IMG/VR virus record: IMGVR_UViG_3300031963_000058
Location: 1 to 24,099 of that record
Direction: 5' to 3' (one strand)
Length of the DNA: 24,099 nucleotides
Source: a virus
Lineage: Duplodnaviria; Heunggongvirae; Uroviricota; Caudoviricetes
The notes beneath the pieces are model-generated. The model saw only the letters and a list, made by a program, of their open reading frames with translations, was not told the origin of the DNA and made no database searches. A program made the position numbers and the translations under genes. Shown piece after piece: positions 1 through 7,558 of the stretch (positions are counted from its first letter, which is position 1; the number at the start of each line of letters is the position of its first letter).

Positions 1-126
1 GTCATCAGGCTCTTCTGGCACATCTGGCTCATCTGGTTCGAGTGGTTCAAGCGGGTCATCAGGCTCTTCTGGTACATCTGGCTCATCTGGTTCGAGTGGT
101 TCAAGCGGGTCATCAGGCTCTTCTGG
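1..126 (+). repeat. 54-bp tandem repeat (2 full copies plus a partial third) in the GXS coding tract
   Basis: gtcatcaggctcttctgg recurs at 1, 55 and 109. Confidence 0.85.
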
Positions 127-982
127 CTCATCTGGTTCGAGCGGTTCGTCAGGCTCTTCTGGTACTTCTGGCACATCCGGTAGGTCAGGATCTTCTGGTA
201 CATCAGGATCTTCTGGCTCTTCAGGTTCAAGTGGTTCATCAGGGTCTTCTGGCTCAAGCGGATCATCAGGTTCGAGTGGTACATCAGGCACATCCGGTAG
301 GTCAGGATCTTCTGGTACATCAGGATCTTCTGGCTCTTCAGGTTCAAGTGGTTCATCAGGGTCTTCTGGCTCAAGCGGATCATCAGGTTCGAGTGGAACA
401 TCAGGTACATCCGGTAGGTCGGGATCTTCTGGTACATCAGGATCTTCTGGCTCTTCAGGTTCAAGTGGTTCATCAGGGTCTTCTGGCTCAAGCGGATCAT
501 CAGGTTCGAGTGGAACATCTGGCACTTCGGGAACATCACCAGCACTTACAGGTATAACCTCAATATACCCAATTTCAACAGGAACAACAGGCTCTGCGGG
601 TTGGGGTATGATAACCAGATTTACTGCTGGTGAATCATTAGCGTTTGGTGATGTTGTATATATTGACGCAACACTTGGTCAATTTAAAAAAGCTGACGCA
701 GATACGGGCTCTACAGCTCCTGCAATAGCTTTATGTCTTGAAACAAGCTTAAGTAGTGGTGCAGCAGGAAACTTTTTGATGCACGGGTTTGTAACAAAAG
801 TGTCTTCAGGTGTTGGAGCATATGGTGGTCCTAATACTATTTGGTATTTAAGTACTACAGCAGGAAATATAACTACAACACCGCCATCAGCCAAAGATGA
901 CGTAGTACAGATAATTGGCGTAGCTTTAAGTGAATATACATTATATTTCCATCCACAATTAGTTTTCACTATATTATCATAA
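2..982 (+). CDS. 5'-truncated Gly-X-Ser collagen-like fibre protein with C-terminal capsid-cement/decoration-like (DUF2190-like) domain
   Basis: Frame +2 reads SSGSSGTSGSSG... without a stop, continues through GTSPALTGITSIYPISTGTTGSAGWG into the 608-982 ORF (MITRFTAGESLAFGDVVYI...KADAD) and ends at TAA 980-982. The C-terminal AGE-x-L-x-x-GDVVY...KADA pattern resembles cement/decoration domains (by eye). Confidence 0.85.
   Translation, partial: SSGSSGTSGSSGSSGSSGSSGSSGTSGSSGSSGSSGSSGSSGSSGSSGSSGSSGTSGTSGRSGSSGTSGSSGSSGSSGSSGSSGSSGSSGSSGTSGTSGRSGSSGTSGSSGSSGSSGSSGSSGSSGSSGSSGTSGTSGRSGSSGTSGSSGSSGSSGSSGSSGSSGSSGSSGTSGTSGTSPALTGITSIYPISTGTTGSAGWGMITRFTAGESLAFGDVVYIDATLGQFKKADADTGSTAPAIALCLETSLSSGAAGNFLMHGFVTKVSSGVGAYGGPNTIWYLSTTAGNITTTPPSAKDDVVQIIGVALSEYTLYFHPQLVFTILS
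174..524 (+). repeat. 117-bp (39-aa) tandem repeat, 3 near-identical copies
   Basis: catccggtaggtc recurs at 174, 291 and 408. Each unit encodes 13 G-X-S triplets, exactly one of them GRS. Only a few substitutions separate the copies. Confidence 0.9.
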
Positions 983-1019
983 AAAAAATGTGGCAGTTAA
1001 TTCTGCCACATTTTTTTTT
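981..1019. terminator. Bidirectional intrinsic terminator between convergent genes
   Basis: A8-TGTGGCAG-ttaatt-CTGCCACA-T9 is a perfect inverted repeat with a U-tract on both strands. It abuts or overlaps the stops at 980-982 (+) and 1018-1020 (-). Confidence 0.9.
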
Positions 1020-1383
1020 ATTTGTAAGATTTTTCTTCAACAAATAATGAGTTATATTTTATATTTATTTCTTTTTTTATAACGGATCTTTTGTCGTTTG
1101 TAATATAAACTTTTCTAGCTAAATCGATAAACTCATCATCGAATGATTTATCGATTTCTTTTTTTCGTATATGATCTTCAATATCCCACAAGCTTTTATT
1201 AATAATTAAAAGATTATAATAATCGTCATCACTGATTTTAAGCTCATTGAATACAATATCATGTAAATAACTAAATTCATTATTTACGTTATACAATTTA
1301 TTAACATCGGATATATTTTCTTTTTTTATTTGTAAAATAGATAACTTATCTACAATTTCTCCAATTGATACCTCAATTTTCAT
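1018..1383 (-). CDS. DUF6165-like protein
   Basis: The N-terminus MKIEVSIGEIVDKLSILQIK and the LWDIEDHIR...LARKVYITNDKRSVIKKEIN...EEKSY motifs match my recollection of DUF6165. It overlaps the upstream GT stop by 11 nt. Confidence 0.75.
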   Translation of the reverse strand: MKIEVSIGEIVDKLSILQIKKENISDVNKLYNVNNEFSYLHDIVFNELKISDDDYYNLLIINKSLWDIEDHIRKKEIDKSFDDEFIDLARKVYITNDKRSVIKKEINIKYNSLFVEEKSYK

Positions 1384-4300
1384 ACTTAAATATGTCTTTT
1401 TTTATTCTTTGAAACACCATATCTGGCGTTATAGATTTATGGCATTCAAATTGCCTAGGAGTATTTTTATGTTCTGGACACCAGTTCCAATCTGATTTGT
1501 CGAATTTAAATAATGGGTTATTCCAACAACTGTTACATACTGATTTATTAATAATTCTAGTACAATTTGATTTAAATTCTTGGTCCTCATCCGTGAAATT
1601 AGCGATCATAACAACATGTTTATCTAATGCCCAAGCAAGCCATGATAGACCGCTAGATAAACCGATTAAAAACTCACTATGATGAATCACATTCATAGTA
1701 TTTTCTATTGATGTATCGGATAAGTTTATAACCCCATTAATTTTAGACGCTTCTTTTGAGACAGAGATAACTTTATATCCGCAATTTTGAAGATACTCAC
1801 AAAGTATTTCCCAACCTCTAGGATAATTCCAATATTTTAGTTGGGCTGTAGAATCTGTTGCTATGGTAACGTATCTAGATTCAATAGGTCTTTTCCCCGG
1901 ATTAAATTTAATCCTTGGAGAAATTTCATGGTAATTTAATCCTAAAATGTTTGTTGCCACCTTTTGCAAGGGTATTATTTGAGGGTTTTCTGGGGCACTA
2001 TTATTATCATAATAATATCCTATGTTATACATCGCGTATAAGTCATAAACAATATCACCAGGAGTTACGAACTCAATTTCAGGGTAAACATCAACAAATA
2101 ATTTATTCCAAAATGTTGATACAATCAAATAACAATTGTGTTTTTTCTTAAATTCTAAGCAATATGGCATCCAAGCAATTGTATCGCCTAACGAGTTACT
2201 ATCGAATGCGATATAAACTCTTTCATTTTTTAATGATAATGTTTTTGAATATATAATTTTATCATCAATAGATACATTAGTTTTCCATTTTGTATAATAT
2301 TTTCGGTTAAGTCTTATCCAAGTATTTGTGGTGATATTTTCAGAATAAACAAGTGTGTTATTTTCATCAATAAATTCTACGTGATATGTGTTATTATCCT
2401 TTCCTTTTATTTCAAAATAAGGTTGACCAACAAATGATTGAGCTATATCTAATTTATATTTGGATTCTTTGTTTTTTAAATTTAGATATAAATTAACATG
2501 TTTTTCCGCAAAAGAATTCTGTTCATTAGTTGCTGTATATGAAAATAATTTTGAATTTACAATTTTTTCTAATTTATTTTTTGTGTCTAAAATATTATCA
2601 TCTATTGGTATAATATATTGTGAGTATGTGTCTAAATAAACATTTAGATCTCTTGCTAATATTTTCAATCCAAAAGATATAGCTTCTTTTAGAGTTATTG
2701 GGTTACACTCAAATGTTGAGTTAAATATTAAAACATCAGAAGCTGCCATAAATGCATGAACGTCATTTCTTTCACCCCATACAGTTATGTTCTTAGGTAA
2801 ATTTTCAACAATTGGGCCCCAATAGTCTTCAAAATTAGGTGCTAAGGAACCAATAGCATGAAAATGTAAATTGTTATTGTTTTCAAACAATTTTGCAATT
2901 TCTACGAATTCTTTTTGATTTTTACCTGGTGTCCAAATACCGACATTTAATACGTGTCTTACTTCAGGATCTAAATTTAAACTTAATTGCGCTTTTAATT
3001 TTTCAGCTTTTGTTTTTTTGAAATTTTCAATCGGATATTCAATTAACTCTAAAATTTCTTTTTCATCAGCAAAAGTTACATTTTTATGATATTTTGAGCA
3101 TAAAGCATATGCGTCAGGATGAAATTCTTTTGATTGTTTAGGATTAAATACAACATTATGGCATGTTTCGACAATATTCCAAGATCTGTCCTCAGAATAT
3201 AGTAGGTTAATTAAATCTCTTGGCACAGGATTAAATGAGTCAAAGCCTTCAATTGGTTCATCAATATGTACTACGTCTATATTATTATATTTAATAATAT
3301 CCAATAACTTGTATTTATTATCAATAGGTTCACCTAAATATCCTAAGGAATAAAACTTATCAGAATCGATCATAGTTTTTATCATATCTTTTTGCACTGA
3401 AAATGCATCGCCATAATTTGTATATTCAACAACAAAAATATTAAATTCGTCATTATAGTATTTTTTTATGGCCTCAATTCTTTTTAGTAGAAAAGCTGGC
3501 ATACCACCTGTTGATAAATGAGGGGCTAAATACAATATATTTGTTTTTTTTCCGCTATCTCGGTTTTTTATTTCATCAATTTTATTTATCATATCCATAA
3601 TAATATTTGGTCTTTTTTCACCATGTATAAAATACACAGAATTTTTCTGGGGAGGTAGTTTAAACCATTCTTGTATTTCGTTTTCAATACCTAAATAATT
3701 TTTGTTATCATTGATAATATCAATTCTATCTAACGATCCGTTAACATATATTAAAGGCAAACCCTTATCTATTTTATATTTCCATAATAAGCAGTTTAAT
3801 ACGGTTTCTTCGTTATAAGGGGCATAAATTGCATGGTTCCTAAATATTATATCCATTCCGCAAGTAATATACCATTCATTTAAAAATGGTATACTCTTCT
3901 GGCCTGATATATAATAACCAGATTGCCTATAACTTGTATTTAGCCTAAATGATTGATCAATATTCAATAATTCGCATAATTTGTGTTCAACGGTATTTTC
4001 TAAACCGTCTTCATGACCAATTTCGTTATATGCTAAAAAATCATAAATGCCTTTGGTAAAATAAGGAATATTTTCATTTTCTGGATATAAATCAAAAAAA
4101 ATGTCAATATTGTTGAATATAACTGAGTCGGCATCAATAAAGAATACTGTTTTAGCATAATTTTCTAAGGCATGTATTGTTATAAATGGTTTTTGGATTA
4201 ATATTGAATATATGTGAGGGTTTTCTCTTTTAATATAAAAATTAGATTCATCCAATCCTTTAATGTATAAATCATCATTATTTTTATGCCTTAAATGTAT

Positions 4301-4483
4301 ATTATACATTACTTCACAATATACGTCATTATTAGATGTTTCAAATTTTTTATTTATAGAATAAACTATTATCGGTAATTTAGAGAACTTCCTAATACTA
4401 GTTATAGTACATTCTATTACTGGAAAATAATTTTCGGTTGCATACAAAATATACGCTTTATCAAATTTAAGTTTATTATTCAT
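1373..4483 (-). CDS. Three-domain glycosyltransferase: GT-A (DxD) + GT4 + TibC/Aah-like (BAHT) protein O-heptosyltransferase
   Basis: aa ~1-305: FFIDADSV DxD motif and NEETVLN. aa ~310-670: ILYLAPHLSTGGMP...GERNDV...SDVLIFNSTFECNPITLKEA (GT4 E-x7-E). aa ~675-1036: beta-rich spacer, VYIAFDSNSLGDTIAW, IGLSSGLSWLAWA and CNSCWN...WCPEH...QFECHKSI. Confidence 0.85.
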   Translation of the reverse strand: MNNKLKFDKAYILYATENYFPVIECTITSIRKFSKLPIIVYSINKKFETSNNDVYCEVMYNIHLRHKNNDDLYIKGLDESNFYIKRENPHIYSILIQKPFITIHALENYAKTVFFIDADSVIFNNIDIFFDLYPENENIPYFTKGIYDFLAYNEIGHEDGLENTVEHKLCELLNIDQSFRLNTSYRQSGYYISGQKSIPFLNEWYITCGMDIIFRNHAIYAPYNEETVLNCLLWKYKIDKGLPLIYVNGSLDRIDIINDNKNYLGIENEIQEWFKLPPQKNSVYFIHGEKRPNIIMDMINKIDEIKNRDSGKKTNILYLAPHLSTGGMPAFLLKRIEAIKKYYNDEFNIFVVEYTNYGDAFSVQKDMIKTMIDSDKFYSLGYLGEPIDNKYKLLDIIKYNNIDVVHIDEPIEGFDSFNPVPRDLINLLYSEDRSWNIVETCHNVVFNPKQSKEFHPDAYALCSKYHKNVTFADEKEILELIEYPIENFKKTKAEKLKAQLSLNLDPEVRHVLNVGIWTPGKNQKEFVEIAKLFENNNNLHFHAIGSLAPNFEDYWGPIVENLPKNITVWGERNDVHAFMAASDVLIFNSTFECNPITLKEAISFGLKILARDLNVYLDTYSQYIIPIDDNILDTKNKLEKIVNSKLFSYTATNEQNSFAEKHVNLYLNLKNKESKYKLDIAQSFVGQPYFEIKGKDNNTYHVEFIDENNTLVYSENITTNTWIRLNRKYYTKWKTNVSIDDKIIYSKTLSLKNERVYIAFDSNSLGDTIAWMPYCLEFKKKHNCYLIVSTFWNKLFVDVYPEIEFVTPGDIVYDLYAMYNIGYYYDNNSAPENPQIIPLQKVATNILGLNYHEISPRIKFNPGKRPIESRYVTIATDSTAQLKYWNYPRGWEILCEYLQNCGYKVISVSKEASKINGVINLSDTSIENTMNVIHHSEFLIGLSSGLSWLAWALDKHVVMIANFTDEDQEFKSNCTRIINKSVCNSCWNNPLFKFDKSDWNWCPEHKNTPRQFECHKSITPDMVFQRIKKDIFKYEN

Positions 4484-5421
4484 ATGATTTTCATAATTGT
4501 TTCGTAAACATCAATTACCGATGGGTGGCATTCAAATTCAGGTTTATTTTCTAAGCAGCCAATTAATGGGGGAACACCATGTATTGTACCCCATTCTCTA
4601 ACACCATATTTCATGTCTGAAGCACAAAATATTCCACAAGGACCTGAGATATAATGGTATTTGTAATCTTGTGACATATATCTATATGGGGCTCTAAATT
4701 CGTTATTTATGGAGCTTCCGAGTTGAATTATTTCGGCATCTGTTGTTCCTGCTAAATGCAGCAGTCCTGAATCCATTGTTACAAAACAAGAAGATTTATC
4801 AATTAAGTGCCAGGTTTGCGATATATTACTTTTGTTTGATAAATCTAAAACCAAGTCTTGTTTTATGCTAAATATTTTTTTTGTAATGTGAAAAAATCCA
4901 TATTCCTCGGTGTTTTTACCTGTAATAACAACATTTATATTATTTCCGCATAATAAATTAACAAGATCGGCCCATTTGTCTTTATCCCAGGTTCTTGAGG
5001 GCCAATTTTCTGCGGGATGGATTAAAACGAATTTTTCTGGTAGTCCATCAATTGGTATATATTCATCGGGTTCATATTCTGTATACAAATCATCTTCAGA
5101 TAATTGAAAGCCAAGCGTCATAGCATGATATTGTCTTATATCACATACATTACTTTTAAATTCAACACCAAACTCATTTTTCTTACCAACATTATTGAAT
5201 GATGAATGATATATCTGTGTTGATTTTACATTTTCTATATTAATTGCATTTACATAATAAGCTTTTTCAACATTTCTGTTATTATGGAATAACTCAGGAT
5301 AATTCGTTATGACATATATTTTGGAACCATATGATTCTTTTAATTTCCTAATAACAGGGGTTGCTGATAGCGTATCACCTAAGCCTTTTGCTTCGGATAA
5401 ATCTAGGAATACTTTTTTCAT
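4480..5421 (-). CDS. GT9-family (heptosyltransferase-like) glycosyltransferase
   Basis: GLGDTLSATPVIRKLK, VLIHPAENWPSRTW and FVTMDSGLLHLAG are typical GT9 motifs. Its TGA overlaps the ATG of the 1036-aa gene (ATGA). Confidence 0.85.
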   Translation of the reverse strand: MKKVFLDLSEAKGLGDTLSATPVIRKLKESYGSKIYVITNYPELFHNNRNVEKAYYVNAINIENVKSTQIYHSSFNNVGKKNEFGVEFKSNVCDIRQYHAMTLGFQLSEDDLYTEYEPDEYIPIDGLPEKFVLIHPAENWPSRTWDKDKWADLVNLLCGNNINVVITGKNTEEYGFFHITKKIFSIKQDLVLDLSNKSNISQTWHLIDKSSCFVTMDSGLLHLAGTTDAEIIQLGSSINNEFRAPYRYMSQDYKYHYISGPCGIFCASDMKYGVREWGTIHGVPPLIGCLENKPEFECHPSVIDVYETIMKII

Positions 5422-5451
5422 TTTTTGTTAAAAAAATAATGTTTTTTAATT

Positions 5452-5459
5452 CAAAATTA
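5452..5459 (-). promoter_or_regulatory. Possible Bacteroidota -7 element (TAATTTTG) for the glycosyltransferase operon
   Basis: Matches TAnnTTTG 30 nt upstream of the 5421 ATG. No clear -33 element, and a chance match in AT-rich DNA is plausible. Confidence 0.3.
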
Positions 5460-5513
5460 AATAAATTAGCTTATTATTTTTCATTGATTTTATCAAAAAA
5501 ATTAAATTCTAGT

Positions 5514-5521
5514 TATTTATA
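5514..5521 (+). promoter_or_regulatory. TATTTATA motif, putative phage late promoter
   Basis: Intergenic, 16 nt upstream of the structural-module ATG at 5538. The same heptamer lies in three other intergenic regions. Its reverse complement is TATAAATA (T4 late consensus), facing the GT operon. Confidence 0.45.
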
Positions 5522-5537
5522 GTATAAAACATTATTC

Positions 5538-7328
5538 ATGGCTTGTCTATCTGGTGTAACTAATTCTAGCTCCTGGCAATATACAGATTGTTGCGGTTAT
5601 TTCCAAAGCGGATCTACTATTGGTACACCAATTTGTTTAAATGACGATTACTCATATTCTGGAATAACATTAACTGACATGAGTTGTAGTCCAGCCTGTG
5701 CTAGTTATCAATACAATTTTACGGATTGTTGTGATAGTGGCATAACATTTACAGTTAGTGGTATTCCGGCACAATTAGTTTCTAACTTTTATCACGTTAC
5801 TGTTTCAGGATATACTGGTTGCACCTATATAGATAATTTAGGTGGAGGAACAGTATATGATGGGACAACAGGTATATTTGTCCAGCAAGTTAGTTGTGAA
5901 GGCTGCATAACATGCCCTACACCTACACCAACACAAACGCCTACACCTACACCATCACCAACACCGACACCTACGTATATAGGGCCTGAATGTCCGATTA
6001 ACCAATATTGCTTAGATACTAATAATTATTTTGATAATGATGGGACCTATAATAAAGTTGGTAACTATAATGGATATGCGTATTATACTGGGGGTACAGA
6101 TCAAATAGGGTATTTATATAATACAGGGTATAAATGGTGTTTATCTGATAGTTTGGGTGGAGATTGTTTTTTATTTGGTAAAGTTCCTTGTTACGAAAAT
6201 TGCCCAGACATTTCATTATCTGAATTAACAGAAGGAGTTTGTGTTGTAACACCAACGCCAACACCTGCAATATGCGACGATTTTGATTTTAATGCGTATT
6301 TTAATTGTGAGATAATAACACCAACACCAACAGCAACAATAAGCCCTACACCGACATCTACTCCAACACCAACACCGACACCAACGCCGACATCTGATTG
6401 TTCGTTATCTAGTATTTCTTTAAGTGCTACAACATTACCTACACCAACACCTAGTGCGACACCTACGGCAACACCAATAACGGGTTATAGCGTTTGCTTT
6501 AGTGGTGATGTAACATATACTTTAGTTGATGATACATTTACAGATACTAAAACAAAAAAACTAGTTGATTGTATATCAGGAGACACATACTATGTTGTTG
6601 ACTCATTGGTATTTTCAGGATTATCAATTGAGACTGGAGTTACATTTAATTGTGTAATAAATGGCGTTTCAAAATGTGTAACATACGAGTCATTATCAAG
6701 TAATTCGTCAAATGCTATCCTCAATGACATAATATGGGTTTTAGGTCCAGGTTGTGATAACTGTTCAATAACTCCAACGCCAACACCTACACCGACAATA
6801 ACACCAACAAGCACGATATCACCAACACCTACATTATCTCCAACGGCAACAGGCCCAACTTCGACACCTGCTCCGGCACCAACAAGCACTCCTACGAATA
6901 CACCGACTTCAACACCAACACCAACACCGACAGACGTTATCCCAACATTATATTTAACAATGGACAATATATCTAGTTCATCGTTCCCAATATTTGTTGC
7001 GGAACTAAATACACCTATAACAGGTAACTTAACAGTTTCAACAGTTTTTGGTGATGGTTATGATGATATAGGTTGTACATCAGGTGTTGCTGGTGCTCAA
7101 TATAATAATCTGAGCAGTCTAGTAACATTTAACACTGGTAATTCTGGGATAGTATCTTTAACTCCAGACACTAAAACAGGTTATTGGAATTCAGGAGGAG
7201 GAGGCACTCCGATTAGATACACATTATATAATGTAAAAATAAATGGAACATCCATACCGTCTAGTGGGTCAACAATATTAATAGGATCTACTGTTGTGAC
7301 AATAGTTTGGGGAACATGTGTAAGTTAA
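5538..7328 (+). CDS. Cys-rich, Pro-Thr-linker modular protein, putative virion fibre/adhesin
   Basis: 596 aa with about 30 Cys (DCC, CxxC, CxxCxxC). Five (PT)n tracts separate beta-rich modules. No signal peptide; structural-gene context. Confidence 0.75.
   Translation: MACLSGVTNSSSWQYTDCCGYFQSGSTIGTPICLNDDYSYSGITLTDMSCSPACASYQYNFTDCCDSGITFTVSGIPAQLVSNFYHVTVSGYTGCTYIDNLGGGTVYDGTTGIFVQQVSCEGCITCPTPTPTQTPTPTPSPTPTPTYIGPECPINQYCLDTNNYFDNDGTYNKVGNYNGYAYYTGGTDQIGYLYNTGYKWCLSDSLGGDCFLFGKVPCYENCPDISLSELTEGVCVVTPTPTPAICDDFDFNAYFNCEIITPTPTATISPTPTSTPTPTPTPTPTSDCSLSSISLSATTLPTPTPSATPTATPITGYSVCFSGDVTYTLVDDTFTDTKTKKLVDCISGDTYYVVDSLVFSGLSIETGVTFNCVINGVSKCVTYESLSSNSSNAILNDIIWVLGPGCDNCSITPTPTPTPTITPTSTISPTPTLSPTATGPTSTPAPAPTSTPTNTPTSTPTPTPTDVIPTLYLTMDNISSSSFPIFVAELNTPITGNLTVSTVFGDGYDDIGCTSGVAGAQYNNLSSLVTFNTGNSGIVSLTPDTKTGYWNSGGGGTPIRYTLYNVKINGTSIPSSGSTILIGSTVVTIVWGTCVS
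6770..6932 (+). repeat. Longest Pro-Thr low-complexity coding tract (others at ~5915-5975, ~6250-6265, ~6318-6392, ~6430-6478)
   Basis: Encodes TPTPTPTPTITPTSTISPTPTLSPTATGPTSTPAPAPTSTPTNTPTSTPTPTPT using mixed acN/ccN codons. Confidence 0.85.
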
Positions 7329-7334
7329 AATAAT

Positions 7335-7553
7335 ATGAAAGAGATAACTATTACAGACTTAATCGGAACACAACCATACACAGTATATATTTGTGACAAT
7401 ACATATAACATGTGTGCATACGTTACAACAATAAATGATGCTGACATACCATATTCTTTTTTAGTTCCAGAACCATACAATAATTTAAGTGAAGTTGGTA
7501 TCCGGGTATTAGATGGGAATAATTGTGTGATAAAATCTTTAATTGTAATATAA
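7335..7553 (+). CDS. Small beta-rich hypothetical protein (72 aa), structural module
   Basis: ATG after an A-rich spacer; fills the gap between neighbouring genes. Contains the motif ITIT-x3-GT-x-PYTVY. Confidence 0.75.
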   Translation: MKEITITDLIGTQPYTVYICDNTYNMCAYVTTINDADIPYSFLVPEPYNNLSEVGIRVLDGNNCVIKSLIVI

Positions 7554-7558
7554 ATTAT

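Noticed and set aside
174-524. CRISPR array or DGR template/variable repeat
   Set aside because: The repeats are contiguous with no spacers and lie in frame in a CDS. Differences are not adenine-specific, and no reverse transcriptase or cas gene is nearby.
42-557. 171-aa HQVLL-rich ORF in the track
   Set aside because: It is an off-frame shadow of the GXS repeat; frame +2 is open and continuous with 608-982.
4480-5421. Remnant of a host LPS biosynthesis locus (cellular or prophage flank)
   Set aside because: No other LPS, transport or housekeeping genes are present. The block is flanked on both sides by phage structural genes and shares a terminator with one.
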